Shown here: in pieces, positions 44,339-51,564 of the stretch
How positions within the stretch are numbered: the stretch's first letter is position 1
How the letters are laid out: each line of letters starts with the position of its first letter
Origin: Candidatus Rokuibacteriota bacterium
GTDB lineage: Bacteria > JAUVQV01 > DATDCY01
Direction: 5' to 3'
DNA length: 51,564 nt
NCBI GenBank assembly: GCA_031406795.1
Contig: JANOHV010000224.1
Location: 1-51,564 of the forward strand
Notes under the pieces: generated by a model
Database searches by the model: none
Told to the model about the DNA's origin: nothing
What the model saw: the letters and a program-made list of their open reading frames with translations, nothing else
Translations under genes and position numbers: made by a program

Positions 44339-45745
44339 ATGGAAGGGATAAAGAGGCGGGACTTTCTCAAGTACGGCTTGAGCGGCGCGGCGGCACTCGT
44401 CGTGGGCACGAAGATGCCCTGGCTGATGAAGAACGAGGCCTATGCGGCGGTCCATACCCAGACCCTCAATTTTCACATCACCGATGCCGTGAAAGACATG
44501 GTGACGCACAACGCCATCAACTCCGCGCAATGCTATTTCTGGATCTTCAAGGAAGACACTTTCCCGGCCGAGTGTCCCGGGCCCAACATCTTCACCACGC
44601 AGGGGGATGTCGTCCGCATCGTCATCACCAACGACCTGGACGCGCCGCATTCGTTCTTCATCCCGGGCATGTTCGACAGCGGCCCCATCGCCCCGGGCGC
44701 CAAGGTCACGAAGTTCTTCACTGCGACCAAGTCCGGGTCCTTCCTGTATCACGACAACCTGAACGAGCCGGTGAACCGGGCGATGGGGCTGCATGGCGCC
44801 TTCATCGTCATGCCCCGGGCGGCTGCGGCCGGGCACAAGTTCACGCCGTACGATAATCCGACGCCGATGATCCAGAAACTGTTCGACGAACTCGGCACCG
44901 CGGCCCACTGGCCCGGCCTGCCCTGGGAGCAGGGCGATCCGGCAACCGACACGCAGGCATTCCGGCAGTATGTCTGGGTGACGCACGAAGCCAGCCCCGT
45001 CCTGTTCGCAGAGGTGGGCAACGCCGCGCCCGGAACGGGCTTCCGCATCCCGGCGAACTTCGTGAACGCCATCTTCAACGACCCCTATGCCGACACCTTC
45101 AATACCGGGGTCTTCAACCGCAAGCCCCACTTCTTCACGATCAACGGACAATCCGGCCACTTCGCGCACAACAACCCGTTCATCTGCCCGAACCTCCGCG
45201 TGGGCGAACCGTGCGTCATCCGGGTCCTGGGCGCCGGGGTTAACACCCATTCCATGCACATCCACGCCAACCACGTCTACGTTCTCTCGCTGGACAACCA
45301 GCTGTCCAACGACCTCTGGTGGGTGGACACCATGACCAACAGCCCGCTGCGCGGCTTCGACTGGCTGGTGCCCTACATGCGGCCGCCCGACATCCCCAAT
45401 GTCCGCGGGATCGGCCTGGCGGATCCCGGGCTGGTAACGCTCGCCGGCGGCACGACCTGGCCGCCGAATGAAGAGCTGAACACGTTCTTCCCGCCGATCG
45501 GCACGCTGGCCGACCCGCTTAACCCGCTCTCCCCGGATATCTCGGTGCAGCTCTCCCCCCTCTGTTTTCCGATGCACTCCCACACCGAGGCGTCCCAGAC
45601 CTCCCAGGGCGGCAGCTACAACCTCGGCTTGATTTCCGGGATGAACTTTATCGGTGACCGCAACACCCCGGGCGGCGTCACGACCTTCCCGCTGATGCAC
45701 ACGGACAATCACGGTCCCGATAAGACGGGACCGGCGGCCGGCTAG
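44339..45745 (+). CDS. Tat-exported two-cupredoxin-domain multicopper oxidase-like protein
   Basis: KRRDFLK twin-arginine signal; PGPNI..QGD; FLYHD; FFTING; HSMHIHANH; PMHSH. Confidence 0.8.
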   Translation: MEGIKRRDFLKYGLSGAAALVVGTKMPWLMKNEAYAAVHTQTLNFHITDAVKDMVTHNAINSAQCYFWIFKEDTFPAECPGPNIFTTQGDVVRIVITNDLDAPHSFFIPGMFDSGPIAPGAKVTKFFTATKSGSFLYHDNLNEPVNRAMGLHGAFIVMPRAAAAGHKFTPYDNPTPMIQKLFDELGTAAHWPGLPWEQGDPATDTQAFRQYVWVTHEASPVLFAEVGNAAPGTGFRIPANFVNAIFNDPYADTFNTGVFNRKPHFFTINGQSGHFAHNNPFICPNLRVGEPCVIRVLGAGVNTHSMHIHANHVYVLSLDNQLSNDLWWVDTMTNSPLRGFDWLVPYMRPPDIPNVRGIGLADPGLVTLAGGTTWPPNEELNTFFPPIGTLADPLNPLSPDISVQLSPLCFPMHSHTEASQTSQGGSYNLGLISGMNFIGDRNTPGGVTTFPLMHTDNHGPDKTGPAAG

Positions 45746-45780
45746 CGTCAAGCAGCGCAAACAGAAGAAGGAGAGAGATC

Positions 45781-47079
45781 ATGTCGGTCGCAATCCCAGC
45801 GCATCACATATTTCGCAAGTCGGTGGTCGGCGACGAGAATGAGTGGGTCAAGATGTTCGACCCGCCCACGGAGAGCCCGGCGACCCCGGAGAATCTGTCC
45901 CCGACGAACCCCGTGCCGGCGTTCGTCGCCGCCACCGTTCCCGGGGCCACGAATGCGGTACCCAATACGGTGGAAGTCGGCCTGATGCACGGGCGGCGCA
46001 TCACGATGTGGGACGGGAAACAGGTGATGTTCTTTCTGATCGACAATGGGGATGTTCCCGCTACCGCGGCGGGCACGTTTCCGGGCCCGACCCTCCGGGT
46101 GCCCCGGGGAGTGGTCTTCCACGCCGACACCAGGGGCGCCGGGCCGCCCCCGCACACCATCCACTGGCATGGCATCGAGCCGACCCCCATGAACGACGGG
46201 GTCGGGCACTGTTCGATGGAGATCGGGCAGTACACCTACCAGTTTCAGCCCAACTTCATCGGCAGCTATTTCTACCACTGTCACCGCAACACCGTGCAGC
46301 ATTTCGAATTCGGCCTCTACGGTTTTCTGATCATCGAGCCGCCCGACGCGTATGCCCAGCAGAATCCGGCCCTCCCGAACTACGCCGGCGGCTATCCCCG
46401 GCGGACCGCGGCCAACCTCGCCAAGTTTCCGCAGTTCCCCGGTTTCGTCGCCGGCGCGCTGACCAGCGGCGACCCCCACGCGATGACCGTTCCGTACGAC
46501 ACGGAGGCTCTCTGGGTCATCGATGACCGGGACTCCACCTGGAGCGACAACATGAGCAATGCCCGGGACACCATGCCGGCGCACGGCACCCAGCCCGGTA
46601 TCAACGACGTATTCACCAAAGGGGATCTGCACGATTTCAACGCCGATTATTTCTTTGTCACCGGCGTCCCCTTCCCGGCTCCGGTGGGGAGCACGATTTC
46701 CTGCGCGCCAAACGTGGTCGTTCCCGCCGAACTGAACAGCGGCGTTGTCGGGATGCAAGTCTCGATCAATTCCCAGGTCAACAAGACCATCCTGGTCCGG
46801 TGCCTCTGTGCGTCGTACGTCAGCCTCAGGGTGAGCTTCCCCGTCGACATCACGATCATCGCCTGGGACGGCCGGGCCCTCGGGGTGCCGCCTTTCGGCA
46901 ATTACAGCGAACCCTATGTGGTGAAGGCCGGAACGCAGATCGCGCTCAGTACGGCCCGGCGCTTTGATGCGCTGATCCGATCGGCAACGCCGGTGAACTC
47001 CTTCGCCAATGTCGAGTTCATCAACAACCGGGGCGGCCAGACGCTGTTGAACGGCCGGATTCCCATTGTGATTGCTTAG
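45781..47079 (+). CDS. Multicopper oxidase-like protein without a signal peptide
   Basis: FPGPTLRV; PHTIHWHG; NDGVG; YFYHCHRNTVQHFEFGLYG; second domain lacks His clusters. Confidence 0.8.
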   Translation: MSVAIPAHHIFRKSVVGDENEWVKMFDPPTESPATPENLSPTNPVPAFVAATVPGATNAVPNTVEVGLMHGRRITMWDGKQVMFFLIDNGDVPATAAGTFPGPTLRVPRGVVFHADTRGAGPPPHTIHWHGIEPTPMNDGVGHCSMEIGQYTYQFQPNFIGSYFYHCHRNTVQHFEFGLYGFLIIEPPDAYAQQNPALPNYAGGYPRRTAANLAKFPQFPGFVAGALTSGDPHAMTVPYDTEALWVIDDRDSTWSDNMSNARDTMPAHGTQPGINDVFTKGDLHDFNADYFFVTGVPFPAPVGSTISCAPNVVVPAELNSGVVGMQVSINSQVNKTILVRCLCASYVSLRVSFPVDITIIAWDGRALGVPPFGNYSEPYVVKAGTQIALSTARRFDALIRSATPVNSFANVEFINNRGGQTLLNGRIPIVIA

Positions 47080-47110
47080 CAGAAATGCCAAAGAAGGCGG
47101 GGGGGTTGCC

Positions 47111-49726
47111 ATGTGTATAGAGAGCTTCTCAAGAAGAGCGATGCTCGTTTCTGCTCTCCTGTTCGTCGTGGGTTTCCCGTTGCTCTTTCCGGGACCTGCG
47201 GCGGCGGGGATCTCGTGGGATAAAAGAGCACGGCTGCCGCAGGGGAACCATCTGTCGGCAACGGCCGACGGCGCCGGCCTGATCGTTGCGGTGGGGGACG
47301 GGGGGACCATTCAGACCTCTCCGGATGGGATCGCCTGGACCCTGCGGAATTCGGGTGTTCTCGTGAACCTAACCGGACTGGCCTTCGCCAACGGCCTCTT
47401 CGTTGCGACCGGGAGTAACGGCACGATTCTGACCTCTCCGGATGGGGTGATTTGGACTGCCCGAACATCAGGGGTCTGGGTCGAACTCTTTGACGTCGCT
47501 TTCGGCAACGGCGTCTTCGTCGCGGTGGGAGGACACGGAACCGCACTGACCTCCACGGACGGGATCACCTGGGTCCCCCAGAATACCTTTCTCCTGAATG
47601 ACCTCGTCGCCGTGGCCTTCGGCAATGGCAGATTCGTCTCCGTGGGAATCGTCGGCAACATTGTGACCTCTTTCGACGGGGTGGTCTGGAGTTCGCAGAC
47701 CGTCGGGGTCCCGAACAACGAATTCATCCCGAACGATCTGACGGGAATCACGTTCGGGAATGGTACGTTTGTCGCGGTCGGGAGTCTGGGACTCATCCTG
47801 ACCTCCACGGACGCGGTGATCTGGACCGTGAGAGCCACGCTGAGCGCATTCGATCTCTCCGATGTGGCCTTCGGCAACAACACCTTCGTGGCCGGGGGAG
47901 GGTTCGGCACGCTGCTTTCGTCGACGAATGGAACAAACTGGACTCCCCGGGCATCCGGCACGACGAATGTGATCAACGCCGTCGACTTCGTTGCCGCCGG
48001 ATTCGTTGCCGTGGGGGATCTGGGCACGACCCTGACCTCGCCGACCGGAGTGGCGTGGTCCCTGCGCTCCTCGGGAAGCCCGGAGTGGTTCTTCGGAGTC
48101 GCGGACGGCGTCGTTCTTGGCAACGAAGTCCTGGTGGGAGTCGGGAGCGGCGGTATGATCGCCACCTCAACCGATGGGGTGACCTGGACCGCGCAGACCT
48201 CGGGGACCACCGAGGTTCTCTTCGGCGTCACTTCAGGAGTTGTTGCGGGGAACACTCTCTTCGTGGCCGTCGGGAGTGCCGGCACGGTCCTGACCTCTTC
48301 GAACGGGGTGAACTGGACCCCGCGAGCGTCAGGAACCGCGCTGGATCTGCTGGGAGTCGCCTTCGGCAACAACACCTTCGTTGCGGTGGGGCTGTTCGGC
48401 GCTATCTCGACCTCGGCCGATGGGACGGCTTGGGCTGCGCAGGTGCTGGGGAGTGACTTCCACGCAGTCACGTTCGGCAACGGCATCTTCGTCGCGGTAG
48501 GAAATGCCGGCGCGATCTCGACCTCGCCCACCGGCGCGACCTGGACGCTCGTCAACTCGGGGACCGGGCAGGATCTCTTCGGCGTCGCGCATGGCAGCGG
48601 CGACTTCGTGGCGGTCGGAGCGGGAGGCACCATTCTGACCTCGCCCGCCGGCGTGATCTGGACGCCTCGGGCATCGGGGACGGTGCACGGCCTCTATGGC
48701 ATCGCGCTGGGCAGCCACGAATTCCTGGCCGTCGGCGGATTCGGGACGGTTCTGACTTCCGTGAACGGCATCAGTTGGGCTCCCGAGGATTTCGCCAAGG
48801 CTGCTTCCACCCAATTGTTGGGCATCACCTTCGCGGGAGCCAGCTTCGTCACCGTGGGTAGTGCGGGCACGATCATGCAATCCGCGGTCCCGGCGTTGAT
48901 CGCAGCCCTGAACCAGCGGAACGATTTCGACGGCGATGGCCGCTCGGATATCGGCGTCTACTATCCGCCAGGCGGCAACTGGTACATCTTCAACAGCTCC
49001 ACCGGGTTCTTCCAGACGACGTTCGGGTATGAAGGGACGCTGCCGATCACCGGCAACTTCGACGCCGACGCGATGAGCGACATCGGCGCCTACTATCCCC
49101 CCGGCGGCAACTGGTACATGTTCAAGAGCGCGGATGGTTTCATGCAGACAACGTTCGGCTACGAGGGGACGATCCCGGTGGTCGGGGACTTCGACGCCGA
49201 CGGCATCAGCGACATCGGCGCCTACTATCCGCCCGGCGGCAACTGGTATTTCTTCAAGAGCACGGAAGGGTTCTCGCAGACGACCTTCGGCTACGCCGGG
49301 ACGATCCCGCTGGTCGGGGATTTCGACGGCGACGGCAGGAGCGACATCGCCGCCTACTATCCGCCCGGCGGCAACTGGTACATGTTCAAGAGCACGGAAG
49401 GGTTCTTCCAGACGGCCTTCGGCTACGACGGGACGATCCCGGTGGTCGGGGACTTCGACGGCGATGGGCGCGATGACATCGGCGTCTACTATCCGCCCGG
49501 CGGCAACTGGTACCTGTTCAAGAGCACGGAAGGGTTCTTCCAGACGACTTTCGGCTATGCGGGGACGGAACCGGTGGTCGGGGACTTCGATGGGGACGCG
49601 CGGGATGACATCGCCGTCTACTACCCCGCCGGTGGCAACTGGTACCAGTTCAAGAGCACGGAAGGGTTCTTCCAGACGACCTTCGGGTTCGAAGGGACGA
49701 TCCCGATCGGCGGCACGCTGCGGTAG
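47111..49726 (+). CDS. Secreted protein with ~14 BNR/YCF48-like propeller repeats and a C-terminal FG-GAP-like cassette
   Basis: Signal peptide (contains SRRAML); 14 repeats of L..VAFGN..FVAVG..GTILTS.DG..W; six DFDxDG repeats; ends GGTLR. Confidence 0.82.
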   Translation: MCIESFSRRAMLVSALLFVVGFPLLFPGPAAAGISWDKRARLPQGNHLSATADGAGLIVAVGDGGTIQTSPDGIAWTLRNSGVLVNLTGLAFANGLFVATGSNGTILTSPDGVIWTARTSGVWVELFDVAFGNGVFVAVGGHGTALTSTDGITWVPQNTFLLNDLVAVAFGNGRFVSVGIVGNIVTSFDGVVWSSQTVGVPNNEFIPNDLTGITFGNGTFVAVGSLGLILTSTDAVIWTVRATLSAFDLSDVAFGNNTFVAGGGFGTLLSSTNGTNWTPRASGTTNVINAVDFVAAGFVAVGDLGTTLTSPTGVAWSLRSSGSPEWFFGVADGVVLGNEVLVGVGSGGMIATSTDGVTWTAQTSGTTEVLFGVTSGVVAGNTLFVAVGSAGTVLTSSNGVNWTPRASGTALDLLGVAFGNNTFVAVGLFGAISTSADGTAWAAQVLGSDFHAVTFGNGIFVAVGNAGAISTSPTGATWTLVNSGTGQDLFGVAHGSGDFVAVGAGGTILTSPAGVIWTPRASGTVHGLYGIALGSHEFLAVGGFGTVLTSVNGISWAPEDFAKAASTQLLGITFAGASFVTVGSAGTIMQSAVPALIAALNQRNDFDGDGRSDIGVYYPPGGNWYIFNSSTGFFQTTFGYEGTLPITGNFDADAMSDIGAYYPPGGNWYMFKSADGFMQTTFGYEGTIPVVGDFDADGISDIGAYYPPGGNWYFFKSTEGFSQTTFGYAGTIPLVGDFDGDGRSDIAAYYPPGGNWYMFKSTEGFFQTAFGYDGTIPVVGDFDGDGRDDIGVYYPPGGNWYLFKSTEGFFQTTFGYAGTEPVVGDFDGDARDDIAVYYPAGGNWYQFKSTEGFFQTTFGFEGTIPIGGTLR
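48920..49726 (+). repeat. FG-GAP-like cassette B: six ~132-bp repeats
   Basis: Same unit and same total length (807 bp including the stop) as cassette A. Confidence 0.9.
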
Positions 49727-49753
49727 CACGCGCCATCGAGAATTTCATGGAAC

Positions 49754-49790
49754 TCTCGCCCCCGCGGCGCCCACGCCGGCGGGGGCGAGA
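49754..49790 (+). terminator. GC-rich stem-loop after the gene ending at 49726
   Basis: Stem TCTCGCCCCCGC / GCGGGGGCGAGA; no clear U-tract. Confidence 0.45.
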
Positions 49791-49933
49791 CTCGTGCCTG
49801 TCGCTTTGAACTCGACGGCGATCGGGCCGAGTCGGAGGGCCTGGTGAACCCGGCCGAATGAAGACAACGGTCAAGCTGAACGTCAGATCATGCAACGCTA
49901 CTGGGAATCTGGCATTGGTTGGAGGAGAGAGAC

Positions 49934-51564
49934 ATGAACGCGTCGAAAGCAGTTGTTGTAGCGGAGAGCCAGCGGAGGCCAAGGAGTACGGGAAGGGCAA
50001 TCCCCACGTTCCTGGCGGTCCTGGCGGTTGCGCTGGGTGGACTGTTCCCGTCCGGAAGCGCACAGGCGGCTCTGAATGCGGTCAGCCCCCTGAGGAATTT
50101 CGGGAACTTCCCGCTCTGGTATCGTGATCTCGCCGCCGGCGGGAGTCAGGTGCAATTGTGTCTGGGACTGAACCCGGATGGTACCGGGCTGCCTGACCCC
50201 CTCTGCGTGTTGCCTCCCCTGGCCCCGGGAAATATCAGTTTTCCGGCCAACTTCCCCGACGAGGCATTCTATTGGATTGCGGAAGCCGAGCATGCCGCCA
50301 TCGGTACCGGCGGCGGCCGTGCCCGGCTTCGTTTCGCGCTGGAGGCCGCATTTGGCACGGGAACCCCCGTGGCCGGCCAACAGATGACTTTCTTGCGGAT
50401 CAATTTGTTTCCGATAGCAGGACTTGCCCCGAGCAGCACCTATACGGTGTTGCATCCGTATGGCACGTTTGATTTTACGACTGAAGCAGATGGCAGAACG
50501 ACTATCACCGGTGGCCAGGCATTCAGGGCGGAAGACGGAGCTATTCCCATCGGTATCGTCGCGACCGCCTTTGAAATACTGCTTCCCGCGACGAATACCA
50601 ATATCTCCAGTCTGTTGAAGTGGGACGTGGGGGCGCCGGCAGGATATCTGGGAGACGCACTTACCCCGCATCTGGTAACGGGGGGTCCGCTGAGCAACAC
50701 GTTTACGATTGCGGCAGCAGCAGGTCCCGCATTGACCGCGGATATCGATCCGACGCTCGCCGGGGTGCAGACTTCGATCACGACGGGTCTCTTCGTGGTT
50801 TCGGGGAAGCTCTTCGCGCCGACACTTACCCAGGTGACGCCCGTCCCGACACCTACCAACGTCACCACGCCGAATTACAGCTTTACGACGAACGACGTCG
50901 GCACGATCACCTACGGCGGTGACTGCACCAGCCCGACGACGGCTGCGGTCCTGGGGACCAACACGGTGACTTTCAATCCTCTGGCGGATGGAGTTCATGC
51001 CAACTGCACGATTACGGTCACCAATGCTGCAGGAAATGCCAGCAACATCTTGAGCGTGGCACCCTTCACGATCGACACGGTGCCTCCCGTCGCGACGCAG
51101 GTGACGGCGGTCCCGACCCCGACCGGAGACAGCACGCCGACCTACACCTTCAACACGAACGAAGCCGGAACCATCGTGATCGGGGGAGGCTGCGCGAGTG
51201 CGACGACGGCTGCAACGGCAGGCAATAACACAATTGCCTTCCGCGCTCTGAAAGCCGGGCTGCACACCGGCTGCCTGATCACCGTGGTCGATCTGGCGAC
51301 GAACGTCGGCAACACGCTGAATGTGCCGGCCTTCACGGTCAGAAACGTGAAGAACGATTTCGACGGCGACGTTCGCTCGGACATCGGCTGCTACTTCCCG
51401 CCCGGGGGCGACTGGTTCGAGTTCAGGAGCGCGGAGGGATTCATCCAGACGAAGTTCGGGTTTGCCGGGACGCTGCCGATCACCGGCGACTTCGACGCCG
51501 ACGGCAAGGCCGACATCGGCGCCTACAACCCGCCCGGCGGCAACTGGTACCTCTTCAAGAGCAC
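49934..51564 (+). CDS. Secreted protein (3' partial): third paralogue of the FPxWYxD domain + Ig-like domains + FG-GAP-like cassette
   Basis: Not in the ORF track (no stop inside the window). RBS GGAGGAG; manual translation MNASKAVV...SAQA-ALNAVSP..GNFPLWYRD..VQLCL..FPDEAFYW..LEAAF..QMTFLR..HPYG; KNDFDGDVRSDIG begins in the same frame near 51350. Confidence 0.82.
   Translation, partial: MNASKAVVVAESQRRPRSTGRAIPTFLAVLAVALGGLFPSGSAQAALNAVSPLRNFGNFPLWYRDLAAGGSQVQLCLGLNPDGTGLPDPLCVLPPLAPGNISFPANFPDEAFYWIAEAEHAAIGTGGGRARLRFALEAAFGTGTPVAGQQMTFLRINLFPIAGLAPSSTYTVLHPYGTFDFTTEADGRTTITGGQAFRAEDGAIPIGIVATAFEILLPATNTNISSLLKWDVGAPAGYLGDALTPHLVTGGPLSNTFTIAAAAGPALTADIDPTLAGVQTSITTGLFVVSGKLFAPTLTQVTPVPTPTNVTTPNYSFTTNDVGTITYGGDCTSPTTAAVLGTNTVTFNPLADGVHANCTITVTNAAGNASNILSVAPFTIDTVPPVATQVTAVPTPTGDSTPTYTFNTNEAGTIVIGGGCASATTAATAGNNTIAFRALKAGLHTGCLITVVDLATNVGNTLNVPAFTVRNVKNDFDGDVRSDIGCYFPPGGDWFEFRSAEGFIQTKFGFAGTLPITGDFDADGKADIGAYNPPGGNWYLFKS

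Noticed and set aside
43461-49726. Regular DNA repeats as a possible CRISPR array or DGR template/variable repeats
   Set aside because: They are in-frame 132-bp coding repeats with no unique spacers; no cas or reverse transcriptase gene; differences are not adenine-specific.
1-51564. Mobile element boundaries, tRNA or rRNA genes
   Set aside because: No integrase, transposase, terminal repeats or RNA gene signatures seen; there is no direct evidence that the region is a mobile island.

Overview
High-GC, Gram-negative-type bacterial DNA (host not identifiable from the sequence). The window looks like a ~50 kb extracytoplasmic metal-redox region. Left to right: a partial TolB-like protein, an endostatin-like lipoprotein and a radical SAM/SPASM gene; an operon encoding a YeiH-type exporter, a periplasmic rhodanese, a decaheme cytochrome and an MtrB/PioB porin (no MtrC); a partly decayed block of four histidine kinases and a NarL regulator, one kinase with an in-frame TAG; two secreted paralogues of an uncharacterised domain; a sensor kinase with a sigma-54 activator; a CX4CH cytochrome lipoprotein coupled to a Cyc2-like cytochrome-porin fusion; a CHRD lipoprotein; a 1626-aa MnxG-type multicopper oxidase with a beta-propeller, two SCO proteins, a cytochrome c/ligand-binding fusion and an FtsX-like permease; and a second sigma-54 operon of large secreted proteins around an apparently split two-gene multicopper oxidase, three of them carrying the same FG-GAP-like repeat cassette. 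Two sigma-54 promoters, an IHF site, repeated TGTCTCA boxes and a GTGACA-N4-TCAC palindrome in front of three operons suggest one co-regulated system for Mn/Fe (or other metal/chalcogen) redox chemistry at the cell surface. No RNA genes, CRISPR arrays or mobile elements were seen. All family assignments come from motif recognition by eye; no database searches were run.
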